Below are positions 1 to 13,368 of a stretch of DNA of 64,000 nucleotides, in pieces. The position numbers and the translations under genes were made by a program. The stretch is taken from contig OZ024755.1 of the NCBI GenBank assembly GCA_964016885.1, positions 15,004,001 to 15,068,000 of the forward strand, written 5' to 3'. Within the stretch, counting starts at the first letter, position 1, and the number at the start of each line of letters is the position of its first letter. This DNA is from Eledone cirrhosa. Lineage: Eukaryota. The notes beneath the pieces are model-generated. The model searched no databases. It was not told where the DNA came from and worked only from the letters and a program-made list of their open reading frames with translations.

Positions 1-484
1 TCTTTAAGTCGTTTGGAAGCCTCGACAATGCAAATGGGTAAATCTCCGGGTAACAAGATCCGGTGGTGGAGAGAGAGATGTAAGTGGGTGTACGTTGAGA
101 TGCGTGGTGTGTATAAGATATGTAAGATGTGTAGAAGAATGAAGGGAAGAGTATAAAGGATAAAATAAAAATAAAAATAACAACACAAGAGAGAGTTACC
201 TTGGGAGAGATTTAATAGTCCCTATTAATAGGGACTATTAAATAGGGACTATTAAATAGGGACTATTAAATAGGGACTATTAAATAGGGACTATTAAATC
301 TCTCCCAAGGTAACTCTCTCTTGTATTTTTATTTTTATTTTATCCTTTATACTCTTCCCTTCATTCTTCTACACATCTTACACATCTCAACGTACACCCA
401 CTTACATCTCTCTCTCCACCACCGGATCTTGTTACCCGGATATTTACCCATTTGCATTGTCGAGGCTTCCAAACGACTTAAAGA
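1..484. repeat. Long inverted repeat (about 200-bp arms) with five tandem 14-mers at the apex; probable fold-back retroelement remnant
   Basis: 1-210 is the reverse complement of 299-484 apart from two small indels and a substitution. The apex has one inverted copy (211-224) and five direct copies of TAGGGACTATTAAA (229-298). A (TA)n tract follows. Confidence 0.85.
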
Positions 485-524
<40 letters not shown>

Positions 525-1163
525 TATATATATATGAATATTGATTGTTCCTTATATCTCATTCTGTTATTTTGCCCGAGAAAATATCTGTGTGTGTCAT
601 CAAATGTTGTACACACATAGATATTATTTTTCAATTTCCAATTGAGTTCTTAGCACGTGGCCTGAATTCCTTTCAGAGTTCATTGTCACGCGCATGTATT
701 GTTATTTTTGGCGGTAATTCACTTCCTCATTTTTTGAATCAGTTCGAGCACTTCTTTCAGAACTGCTGGACTGGCAACCTGACAGATACCTCAGGCACAG
801 AAAGTGATTATCGCTAAATGCTGATGTTGGTTAGATTATCAATATTAGTATTATTGGGGCACCCACTGATGAATTATAGGAGCCCACTTGAATATATATC
901 TATTGATGGTATACAAGCTCCTACATAAATTGGTATAATTTCACCCAAATTGTAGGAATCCTATAATGAAACGAGACGTCCGTCTGGGAAGAGATATATT
1001 AGATATGTCTCATTTGAAATAATACAGCCAATTTTCCACGCAATACTTTTAGTCAGCACCCCGAACACATAATTGGGAATATAATCACTTATTTCCTAAT
1101 GTTTGTTGAGTGAGTTGGAATGTGGCCGGAGTATCGCTAAAAAGCTTTCTCCGATACTGTATT

Positions 1164-1217
<54 letters not shown>

Positions 1218-1586
1218 CTAATTAGCTGTGCTGATTTGAGACAGCAAGAGCTAAATATAAGGAGGGCGTCAATATATTTCGCTCTATAGTTTTCTGCATT
1301 TAATGTTGCTAATAGAAGTGCACTTTCCCGAAATTACAGGATTTTGATGAAAATGGATTCATATAGAAATCTACTATATCTAATTGATTAAATTAGTTTC
1401 ATATGTTATCGGAATATTTGATAATCAAAGCTCTGAAGTTCCATGTTGCAAATGTTGTGGTGTTTCTGATCTTAAACTTAATTCTGCAAAGTAAACATCA
1501 TAGACCTTTGCCCAATTTAGATTTTGAGCGCTTTATATTTGAGCCTATACATACATTCATTCACACACACACACACACACACACGG

Positions 1587-1633
<47 letters not shown>

Positions 1634-2784
1634 GAGCGTATAAATCATTTTCACCGAAGCAGCTCCTTTAGCGTTTTCAGTAAGCATACGGTGTTTCTCC
1701 AGGATAGCTCTCAACAAGGATACATTTATATAAATAAAGCAATAATGTAATCCGAACTAATTTATTTCACATTGTTGTATTTACCTAAACTGAAGAAGAT
1801 ACGAAGCCATCAATTGTCGTTGAGTGTCACATGTCTGTTTAAATACTTTGCTTCCTATTGCATCCTTTCAACATACGTTTTTGTTATTTACTATCACTAA
1901 ATCTACAGAAGATTTAAGAAATAGGGAATACTATGTTTAAACTGAGTTTGAACATTCACACAAGATTTTACGTACTTTATTCTATGCTGCAGTAACTGCT
2001 TATGTTAACATTATATGGCAAAACGGACATAGATAAGTTGTGTGTAATTGATTATATTAACATAGTAATGCAGTGTATCCTTAAAAAGAAAACAATGAAC
2101 TATTCTTACAAAGCAATAGAACTAAGAGGATGGATAATGATATATCATGCAAACGTTACACGATAATATCATTATGATACTAAGAAAATGGAATCCAAAC
2201 GATGCACTTACGCGCAAATTGAGAAGAAAATTCTGACTGAACGACCGCAAAAAGTTACTGGACTGTGCATACGCGCACAAATGTGAACACGCGCGCGCAT
2301 AATTATTTCCTCAGAACACATACAAGGTGACTTATATGAAGCACGATTTAATTCTATCCAAGTCAATAAAGCAACTTATAGTGATATAACATCAAAAGCT
2401 CTCGAATTGAGTGAACAACATTCACACACACACATGCACACACCTAATGTTTACAAATATGACACAAAAGCTAAATTGTAATTTTATGTAACAATTCTCT
2501 GTATAGAATAGATCATCACCTATTTAGTAAAGAGCAGAATCAACAGCTGCAGATTAAGAATAGTGTGTCACCTACTGTGAATCAATTTGCTGGAATTTTC
2601 TGCGATAAGACGGATAATTTGGTAGTGTCAGGTTAAAAAACTTGCTAGATATATTTACGCAATTCTATCATCTGCGTTTTCGCACTTCTACGCAGTATAT
2701 GGTGATGATTACATTGGATCATGTGGGGGAGTTCGATGTTGTAGTAAAATAAATATATGATATTTCTATGTGGTTATGCTAATC

Positions 2785-2986
2785 CTTTCGAAGAACGTCG
2801 GACAACATGCTTCGTGGTATATAATCACGGCCCTTTACGTTCTGAGTTCAAATCCCATGGAAGTTATTTCTGTATTTCCTCCTAATAGGGTTGATAAAAT
2901 AAAGTACTAGTAATACACTGGGTACTAGTAATACCCTTCCCCGCGAAATATTTGTTGGCATTCTGCCTAAATCAAAAACCATTATT
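2785..2986 (+). mobile_element. tRNA-derived SINE, family S (Meta/Nin-like central domain)
   Basis: B-box-like CTGAGTTCAAATCCC, then GGGTTGATAAAATAAAGTAC and a GCCTAAATCAAAAAC tail, shared with about 10 copies in the window. Confidence 0.75.
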
Positions 2987-3999
2987 GCCGCGCACAGGTA
3001 TCGACGTGAAGTTGGCCACCAGCAAGTTTTAACCCGACGAGTTGTAATGGCTTTTTCAATGCACCTCCTTTGCCATCAGCCGAGGCAATTCTTTCTCTAT
3101 TCCATCCTTTCAGAACACGAGGTGGTTTGCGCCCGGGATTCTACCAGTTAGAGAAAATTTCCCCATGTTTGCGTACTATTTTCAACTTTATGTATGTACA
3201 TTTAGATAATAGAATATAATTGTTATCAGGGAATAACCATATTAACAGCAATAATATTTGCTCGCCCGTTTGTATGAGAACTGCTATTATTCTTTGGAGG
3301 TATCTATCACCTGTTTTACCAGCACCACTTCGCCTTTTTGTGTGCCATTAATGGGATTCACTCTGGTGCATGTATTCGAGGCAGTTCTCCGGTCTGAGTA
3401 TAAGGTTCTCATCTGTCAGTCTGGGAAGGAACTGCCAAGTGTCATACACTCTGTTCTTCTTTCTCTGTTGAATTCATTAAAGAGAAAAAAAAAGAAACCT
3501 TAGCTAATGTGAGAAATCAATATTCCTAATGAGCTAAATGTCAAAAGCTCGCATGTCTTATTATGAGGGAATAAGTCCTGATAATTAGTATAAACTGGCC
3601 ATTGTTGAAGTAATTGCTGTTATAACGACCATGTCCGTAAATATACAGTTACCATTATAATTACAGACACAAGCAAATATATTATTTTTTGTTACTATAC
3701 CGTTATTTCTGTATTTATTTATTGGGTAATTGTTTTCTTTTCATTCTGTCTATACTGCGTTATTGTTTAATCAAGTTAATGGTATTTTAGTGGACATAAA
3801 ATAATAGCAACCTAAGAAGTATAACGACAAAAAATATGCAAAAAACAATGATAAATATTTTGATTGTTTTATGATAAAATAAATATCGAAAAATGTAGAT
3901 ATTTTGACTGGTCTGTCTATTAGGCTAGCCGTATGCTTGTTTGCTATAATCTCTTATACGGATGGATCAATCTTCGGATTCTAAAATGAGCTTTCAGTG

Positions 4000-4278
4000 T
4001 TCGTTCAACTAAACACGCGAGCCATGAATAGCCGTGTGACCTGCTGTGTATTCCACAGACACGTATACTATTAGCCTAATGTTAATGCAGATTCAGTCTG
4101 ACAGATTGTGTGACAAGGTTGGTACTTTGATTTGCGAGCTTAATACACTTTCAGGGTAACTAATTTTACTCAAATCTAAAATATATATAAGGCTGCGCAG
4201 ACGCAATGTTGTGGACTCGAACAATGGACATAAAGATTGCGAAACGAACTTCTTAAGCACTCAGATATGCTTGCGTCG
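4000..4278 (-). mobile_element. Degenerate tRNA-headed SINE (second group)
   Basis: Reverse-strand tRNA-like head (GGACTCGAAC...CGAACTTCTTAAGCAC), similar to 13660-13725 and 53790-53890. Confidence 0.5.
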
Positions 4279-4609
4279 AAATTTCTCTACTTAGAATATA
4301 AGTGATACGAATACTTTAACCTTTGTCTCTCATCTTTCTTATCTGTTCACTTTATTTTGATTTTTTCCTGTTGTCTTCATCCACCACGTACTCACCACAA
4401 ACGTAATCAAATAATCAAAATATGTATGCACACCCCAAAAAAATGTTTCTCTAACCAAAGACCCACAGCCCAATAACATCGATATTATTGAATGACTGAC
4501 GAAACATGTATTAAAGATAATTGAACTCACCACGCATAGATGACAAATTCAACTCTTGTTACTGTTCTAAATATAATATGATTTCACATCAAAATATAAT
4601 CTGTCTTAT

Positions 4610-4862
4610 CCCATAGGCCCACCACACCGGATAATTTCGTTTCATTGGCGGCCTTCAGTGACTGAGATTTCAAACCCCATCCCGTAGGGGACACCATGGT
4701 ATCCTCTAGTTAACAGTCAGTTGATGCTGGTATTCGTTTTCAGTGTAGTGGACTGGAGCAATGTAATATGAAGTGTTTGGTGTCAGAAATATAATGCGTC
4801 ACTTGTTCCAGGAATCGAACACACGATATTCTGATCCTACACTCAACATCCAAACTATTAAA
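4610..4862 (-). mobile_element. tRNA-headed SINE (second group)
   Basis: GGACTGGAGCAATG...ATGAAGTGTTT...CCAGGAATCGAACAC, homologous to 53785-53890. Confidence 0.6.
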
Positions 4863-5867
4863 TTCTACACTTTCATATCATTTAATGTACTTTCTATCAA
4901 TTCGTTTTTGTTTTTGAACGTTTAAATTTAGTTTCGTCATATATAAAATTATTCTCTTTTCCACTGATTGCTACATTTACTTTTCAACTCTTTCATTCCC
5001 TTCTTTATCCTAAATTCACTTCTAATTACCCTCCCCTTTTATTAAACAAAAATCCCCATCTCATCCCCATTTCTGATCTTTTCCTTCCACTCAACGTTCA
5101 TCATAATTTTCTCTCCTCTCTCCTGGGATATTTTCTTTCAATATTTACCACTTCTATCTTCCTTCGTCTATGTCTTCTGTTTTATACTGTTGCATTGTAT
5201 CTTACTTTTACACATTATCACTTGTAGTCTTCTTTAAATCCTTCCCTTATTACACAATTTATTTTTATTTCCATGCTGCTATATAGCTACAATTTCACAC
5301 AATCCATTTTTTATGCTTTTCCTTCTCTATACATATGTCAGTTTATTTATATTATTCACTCATATTTATTTTTTTTTAAATCAACCTCGTTATGCAGAAG
5401 TACTCCCCCTCCTCCCATATTTGATATAACTTATCGTTTCCTTTATATATATATATATGTATATGTAGTATTCTCATGTAAAAAGAAATGAATACGAATA
5501 TGTATGTAATATATGTCATACTTGTGGTTAGAAAACATTTACCTACCTCGGGCAATGTGCACACTTGATAAAAAAAAAAAATGAATGTTTTCATGGAAAG
5601 AACATTATCCTGTCAATTTAGATCACGGTATATGCAATAACAGAAAAAAGATCCTTGCGGAAATGTGATGCCTATATAATGGCTCGTATTCTTTATTTCC
5701 CACTGCAACTAAATCAAGTGTTTAGCTAAAAGAAAAAAACAATGTTTATCAACGCTGTTTAAACTGTTAACGTTTTTCACTGCTATATAACAAATAAACA
5801 AGTCAGAATACAAATCCACAGACAACAAATTATTTTTATCAATATATATATATGTGTGTATGTATAC

Positions 5868-5922
<55 letters not shown>

Positions 5923-5924
<2 letters not shown>

Positions 5925-6089
5925 GGAAAATGTTTAATCCCGACGGCAGAGATCAAGCCGTTTCGAAATGGCTTGAGCTGTACCGTTGGGGTTAAACATT
6001 TTCCTATTACCCACTCTACTACTTTAAGTATTGAGTACTCTGGTGCGCTAAGGTCCATCATCTGGTTCCTCACCAGACCTCCTTCGTTA
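5923..6089 (+). mobile_element. PLE pLTR-like element, family A copy 1 (fold-back plus tail)
   Basis: Palindrome 5923-6006 centred on TTTC|GAAA, then an 80-bp tail shared with 14274, 34728, 38530 and 49528; TA/TG flanks. Confidence 0.8.
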
Positions 6090-6128
6090 TATACATAGTG
6101 TTTTGCATGTACACACTCATACACATAC

Positions 6129-6163
<35 letters not shown>

Positions 6164-7204
6164 AGTGTATCATGCAAAACACTGTCATTGCACTTATAGC
6201 GTCTCTATACCGATCTATTATGCTTTTTACATTCATTTGATTTATTGATTTATTGATTTTTTATCTGAGTGTCCCGAATCTTCCAGATCGCAATTTTTCG
6301 GTCGTGCGGTTGATTATGAACTTGTTCTATGTGTGACGGTATTTTAACGATAGTTATAGCTCTGATTTATCTAAATTATTGAGCCCTCTGCCGCTCATAT
6401 CGAATTTTGTTTATCGTGAACTCGTGCGCCGATTTTTCGATACTCGATTATTCTACTATAATTCTTATATTCAGATAACTCTGTAAATATGTTTTTGTTT
6501 CTCAGCTGTAAGAAGTATTAGATACATCCCCTAGTGAAGAAGGAGATATGTAACATTCAAAACTAAACCAGGTTCTTACTCTGATATTATAATCCCAGGT
6601 GAAATCTGAACCAAGTATTATTGTACTCACACAAATGATATTTGAGTGGGCGATGAGTAGTGATCAAATACAACAGAAACAAATCCATACACAAACACAA
6701 AATCGAAATCTTTAGAAATCTACGTTACAATTGGCTACATTACAGAGGTTTTCTAGAATATTTCAGTGTATAGATTCACTATAAATCTACATCTAACAGA
6801 ATATTCATATCACTGACTTCATTTTCATTTAAATACCAAATATATTTGATGAGCATATCAGAACACCAAAGCTTAATATCATTGTTCAAAGGCATGCAAC
6901 AAGGAAAAGTTTTAATCCTCATATGAATATATATATATATATATATATATTATACATAGATATATATATATATATATTATACATAGATATATAGACACGT
7001 ATATACACACATATATTCACATACAGACACACACACACGCACATGTATATATATGTATGTATGTGTGTGTGTATGTATACATATATATTATTCATTAAAC
7101 CAACAAGTAAGTTCTAATTCATAATTCACATTCTGTGTGTTGTCTCTCATTTCAAATCTGAGCAGAAAGTCGTTGTCAAAGTCGGGTTTATAATATATAT
7201 ATAA

Positions 7205-7460
7205 TTGAACAAAGTAAGGACAAGTAGTTACATTTTCATTACGTTCATTACAGTTTCATTACGTGTTGGTGGCGCACGTTTCGCCACTGATCACCTCAAG
7301 GTTCGATCTATATCGATCTAGCCCGACTCTCTAATCCACGGCTCGCCATACCCCTTATAATACACTCTGTCTAGCTCTACACCTCGACACAGAAATGAAC
7401 CTAACCATCGAGTGCTCACCCGTGTGAACCTACAGTAACTCCACGTTACACACCCTAGAT
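7205..7460 (-). mobile_element. TA-embedded element D with partial HHR
   Basis: Minus strand reads GGC-GAAA-CGTG-cgccaccaa-CACG-TA (stem III plus GUA triplet). No clean CUGANGA. TA flanks on both sides. Confidence 0.45.
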
Positions 7461-7468
7461 ATATATAT

Positions 7469-7554
7469 AGTAATAATAATAAATGTGAAGACTAAAATCG
7501 AAAGAGGGTTAAAGCAGCGATTCTTTGCTTAAACTTTAATATGTTATTTTAATA
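7469..7554. mobile_element. PLE pLTR-like family B, inverted/deleted copy
   Basis: Inverted tail (AGTAATAATAATAAATGTGAAGACTAAAATC) fused at AGGG to AAAGCAGCGATTCTTTGCTTAAAC. Confidence 0.8.
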
Positions 7555-7750
7555 AAAAAATATATATATATGGTGTATCTATTTTAACCTGTTAGTTTTT
7601 TCGTTGCTCTGGTATTGTGTGTTAGGTTTTGCCTACGACAATGTTCAATTTGTCAAGCTATTTTAACGTATGTTGTTACTCTAAGGACCTACCCTAGGTC
7701 AACCTTGCTTGCCCACAGCCAAAGCTTCGATTTTAGTAAGCTTCCACATG

Positions 7751-7774
<24 letters not shown>

Positions 7775-7784
<10 letters not shown>

Positions 7785-7905
7785 GAATAATTTCACCGTA
7801 TTTTAGACTAAAGAAATTTTAGCCTGATAATGGGGTTAATAACCCTCAGATAAATGGAAAAAGATCAGTACTGACGTACATGTTTCAAAACATTCTTACT
7901 TCTCA
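7775..7905 (-). mobile_element. PLE pLTR-like family C copy 1 with minimal HHR 3' half
   Basis: Minus strand GAAAC-ATGTAC-GTC-AG; homologous to 21918-22096; TA flanks. Confidence 0.7.
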
Positions 7906-8179
7906 TATATATGAATGTATGTATAGTGAAGTAATATGTATATATGTATATATAGTCTAGTAATATATCCCTGGGTATTTAGAACTATATCAAGTACTTT
8001 ACTCTAGGAATTAACCGCCTAACGGGAGTTGAGCATATAGTCTTATAATCCAGAGTCCACAACCAAACCACTAACGGATTTCTCATCTCTCTCTTTCTCC
8101 CTCTCTATCTCTCTCTCTATATATATATATAGAGAGAGAGATATATATGTGTGTGTGTGTGTATCGATTGTTGAGTAAA

Positions 8180-8241
<62 letters not shown>

Positions 8242-8246
<5 letters not shown>

Positions 8247-8371
8247 TAAAATAACAGATTAAAGTTTAAGCAAAGAATCGCTGATTTTACCCTGAACGGG
8301 ATCTTCTGATATATATTTATCCTTATCGAGCCCTCTTTGGATTTCAGTCAGCAAATTTATTATTATTACTA
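8242..8371. mobile_element. PLE pLTR-like family B (inverted HHR segment plus tail)
   Basis: Reverse complement of CAGAAGATCCCGTT..GGGT..CAGCGATTCTTTGCTTAAAC, followed by the tail CCTTATCGAGCCCTCTTTGGATT. Confidence 0.8.
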
Positions 8372-9039
8372 TATGTAAATATATATATATATAATAAGCA
8401 GTTGACTGACCCAGCGTATTTAATAATGCCAGGACTGGTTGTATATATATATATATATATATATATATGAATGTGTGTATATATGAGTATATGCATGTGT
8501 GTATATATATGTAGCTGTGTGTATGTATGTATGTATGTGTGTGTATATGTGTGCGTATTCTGTAGTATTTGAACATTTCATATATTTCACTGATCTCCAC
8601 GGAATTATCACATCATCCACAATGATAGAGGCATTGAGGGAATGAGGATGTACTAACTGCTATTTACATCAGAATAATAACATCGTAGATAATGTATGTT
8701 GTAAACTTATTCAATTAATGTTTCGGGTTTGATAACACAGAAATGTGAAGTAAAGAGAGACTATAGGCGCCAATATAGTCGTGTTAACGCTATGTTGCTC
8801 ACCTACATAAACGCACGCACTCGTAAAGACACACAATATGATCGTAGTATAATAAATCTTTCAAGGATTTACACCAGTCCAGCCTCCTGTTATTTTATTA
8901 TAATAATTAACTCCGTACTCGCACCACCAACTACACAAACGAAGACGGGTGGGCTGCATTACGTTGAGTACTCTCCATAATATTACATCGAGATTGACCA
9001 TACGGAATGAAGATTTCTATCCAGTGGTGAACCAAGAAA

Positions 9040-9082
<43 letters not shown>

Positions 9083-9084
<2 letters not shown>

Positions 9085-9228
9085 CACCACGAAGCCTTTC
9101 CTCATGATTTCCTTCGAATGAAACAGTTCTAGTCCTGTAGAAACCATCTCTATATTAAATATTTATACTCTGCTATTATGTATTGAGTACCTTACTTACT
9201 GTGTTTACCCCCAATTGAATCTGGGATA
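9083..9228 (+). mobile_element. PLE pLTR-like family E copy 1; type I HHR at 9097-9143 with a core mutation
   Basis: TTTC-CTCATGA-...-GAAA-CAG...CTG-TA-GAAA; homologous to 20860-20910; TA flanks. Confidence 0.75.
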
Positions 9229-9239
9229 CACACACACAT

Positions 9240-9320
<81 letters not shown>

Positions 9321-9644
9321 TGTGTGTGTGTATGTATGTATATATATGTATATATATTTATATATGCGTGTATATTCGTGGCTGTGTGTGTGTGTGTATA
9401 TATATATATGCGTGTATAACTATGCGTATATATTTGTAAATACATATATATAGATATAATTTTCGAGGGTTGATCCCAGCATCCTATTGAAGAAACTATC
9501 GAACATTGGAGTCTGTGGAAGTCTACTATAGTGGATGTTGTTTCTGGCAAACAAAACCCAACGTGAATATAACGAAACTCTACGGTCAAGTTCAGCCAAA
9601 GTCAGTAGTGGCGTCCCACCTGGCACGGAGTAGAAGGCAGCTCA

Positions 9645-9740
9645 GGCCTTCAGTCAGATCTACTTGCTGTTATCTAATGGGTAAAGTAACCAATATGCTG
9701 CTAAACGCGGATAAATGTGAGATATTACACTTTGGAAATG
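9645..9740 (+). pseudogene. Degenerate CR1/L2-group LINE reverse-transcriptase fragment
   Basis: Translates across a stop and a frameshift as QSDLLAVI*WVK..NMLLNADKCEILHFG, resembling the LQxDLxxxxxWxxxWxMxFNxxKCxxLHFG motif. Confidence 0.55.
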
Positions 9741-10711
9741 TGGATGCTCTTACCATATTTCATAAGGCAGAGCTCCTAGTGACAAACAACAAAGATTTTG
9801 CGCATATCGACCAAATATACCCATTTCTTGTGGTATTTGAAAGATATTTGGCTATTATTTCTAACAGGTTGAATATCCTTGCAGCGTCTCTCTCGTCGGA
9901 TTGTCATCTCTTAAATCTATTCTTAAAGAGCTTCAGTGGATTTTAATTCATATATTCAAAGATATGCCTGGCTGAATCTCAATGGGTGAGCTCTTTGTAC
10001 ACTGGTAGTCAGACAATAAAACAGCAAATTTTACTTAAAATCCTACATTGTACATTTACTATAACCGTAATTTTTCAAAGTGCCTTCTATTGAAAGCTAT
10101 TTACATTGTAATATTCGATATCGATCTGTGGGAAAGCCAAAAGGTACCTATAGCAACGAGTGATATTAAACAGAATGTAGAACTTTCTTGACAATTTCAA
10201 TATCCGTTTCTTTATTGATCTAAAATATAACAGTGACTGATTAAATATTTATTTCATATTAAATATCGTATAAAACTCTCTGTTTAAACTATTTCTCTCC
10301 ATATACCTTAATTAGGTCCTCACTAATGCCATGGATGTCATTGTCATAGTCTACCTTAATACCCTTTCTCTCGTGGGAGCTATTTTAATACTTGGTGAGG
10401 ATAGAACTATCACTTAACACTGTTCCTACACAATACATAACACTTTTCTTCTATCCTTTTAATTATTTCAATCATTAGACGGTCATATCAAACCCAGCAT
10501 GCGTTTTATTCATATATCATATATATTTTATTTCTCTCTTTTTGTCAAACCATAATTTACGGGAATATACAAACAGTAAATGTAAATACACACACATACA
10601 CACACACATACATACACACACACACGCACATACAGACACACGCACCCACACACAAACACACACGCGCACACACACATACACGCACACACACATATATATA
10701 TATATATATAT

Positions 10712-10770
10712 AGTAATAATAATAAATGTGAAGTGTAAAATCCGAAGAGGGCTCGATGAGTATAAATATA
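10712..10770 (-). mobile_element. Family B tail-only fragment
   Basis: AGTAATAATAATAAATGTGAAG..AAAATCCGAAGAGGGCTCGAT next to (TA)n. Confidence 0.75.
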
Positions 10771-11014
10771 AACTATATATATCTATATATAAACACATAT
10801 ATTTATAACGTATTTCTGTAGGAAGGGTAAAGGAAAGGAGAGTGCTCTATGTGCGCTACAGAGCTATTTAATTATGTAATAAACAGCATAAGACAATTAT
10901 TCATAAATATATATATACATATATATATATATATATGTATACATATATATATATTAAGATAAGCAGACCTATATATTTCCAGGGGTACTTAGTACCCACG
11001 GGCATATTAACTTC

Positions 11015-11855
<841 letters not shown>

Positions 11856-12463
11856 GGTGGCAGCCAACTCGTTTTCGAGTACGGCCACTACTTTATATCC
11901 ATGTAGGAGAACCCCTACCGATGCGCTGAACGAGTGTGACTTTTTAGTCCAGCCAGGGACTTGAAAACTCTGGTACAAACACTACACTTGTGACAATTAT
12001 TGACACATAGTGCTGGGCCCATGGTACCATGTGACGACAAGTGCAGAGATATCTCCAGATATAAAGCAATGCCTGTGCCGTGAAGCTTTTATAGTGAGCA
12101 AAGGCACTGCACAAAGCCAGTCCCACTCTCTTAACCAAGATGATATTTACCAAAAAGAAGAACAAGTCAACATCATTGGATACCATCAGGGTTGCAGGTG
12201 TTATATCAGAGTTTTCCTTCTCCTAGAATTCTGCCTTGACAAAGGCTAAGGGGTCATCTCTCCCGGTGATTTTGGATGGCCATTGACTCTTAAGAGCTCC
12301 TTTGCCCTTTGACAGGTTTTGTTTTTAGTCCTGCAGGATGTCCAAAGTCACCCTCCTCACCAAGAAACCTTGGTGGGGTTGCCAGTTTAGTCGCCAACGA
12401 CCCGACCATGGGACAGGTTGTACTGGGATACATGTTACCAGTAGCACCAACTGGTGACCTGAC
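11856..12463 (-). mobile_element. Non-autonomous RTE-related element, family F (longer copy)
   Basis: Minus strand has CTAGGAGAAGGAAAACTCTGA, a motif typical of RTE-clade 5' regions. A closely similar second copy at 34243-34611 has the same left end. Both lie in (TA)n. Confidence 0.7.
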
Positions 12464-12782
12464 ATATATATATACATATATATATACATACATATATATA
12501 TACATATATACATATATATACATACATATATATATATATATATACATATACATACATATATATATAGATATAGATATACATATATATATAGATATATATA
12601 CATATATATACATATATACATATATATATTGTTATACTTTGGGAGGGTCATGTTACCAATGAGAAACACACGCACTTTTGCTTTCACTTCAATTTATTAT
12701 AATAAATTTATAAATTTAGGAATTTATAAATTTCCGGTTGGTTGGTTGGTTCCACAACCAGATGATTGTTTATAAATATATT

Positions 12783-12825
12783 GTCAAAGTTCTTTCGTCA
12801 CACATTCTGTGACCTCTTCAGTGAC
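12783..12825 (-). ncRNA. Type I hammerhead ribozyme, minimal stem III
   Basis: GTCA-CTGAAGA-G-GTCAC(agaatgt)GTGAC-GAAA-G(aa)C-TT-TGAC; stems I and II pair. Confidence 0.75.
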
Positions 12826-13034
12826 TGGGGATTATTTTCTTTGTTTTTGTGGCTCTCCTTTGTTCTGTCCTACGCCATCGTGTTTGTGTGTGTTGTGTGC
12901 TTAGTTTGCGCATGTGTTACATCCGGGTGTCTGTGTGTGTGTGTGTGTTTATATTCGTTTATTTATTTGTTTATTTACATGTTACTGGTTGGTTGTTTGT
13001 TTGTTCTATGTGCGTGTGTGTTTTCATTTAGTCC

Positions 13035-13142
13035 TTAATTGTAAGTTGTGATGTTGCTGTTCCACTCGTGTTTTCTATTTAATTTTGGTTGGAGTTCATT
13101 TATGTTTATTGCCTCTGTGATTTGTCTCAACATTGCGTCTTT
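13035..13142 (-). pseudogene. 5'-truncated C-terminus of a Penelope-type GIY-YIG endonuclease
   Basis: KDAMLRQITEAININELQPKLNRKHEWNSNITTYN* matches the PLE endonuclease end motif R-x3-E-A-x2-I...P-x-L-N-x3-E. Confidence 0.75.
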
Positions 13143-13282
13143 TATATATATATACATATATTCATATATATATATGTATATATGTGTGTATATATATGTA
13201 TATATATATATATATAATATATATATATATATAATATATATATATATTTTATATATATATAATATATATATATATTATATAT

Positions 13283-13368
13283 CTATTATCTTTTCAGTTA
13301 GTCTTTGGTTTCAGAAGATCATGTTAAGGGTGAAAGCAGCGATTCTTTGCTTAAACTTTAATCTGTTA

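Larger units (their letters stand above)
12630..13142 (-). mobile_element. 3' end of a Penelope-like element: GIY-YIG C-terminus, 3'UTR, HHR-containing pLTR and tail
   Basis: Coding remnant at 13142-13035, HHR at 12825-12783, and a terminal ~30 bp shared with 22148; TA flanks on both sides. Confidence 0.8.

Noticed and set aside
229-298. CRISPR-like or telomeric array
   Set aside because: No spacers, eukaryotic context, and the unit is 14 bp rather than TTAGGG
715-779. Possible minus-strand terminal exon (VASPAVLKEVLELIQKMRK*)
   Set aside because: Weak acceptor and no recognisable homology
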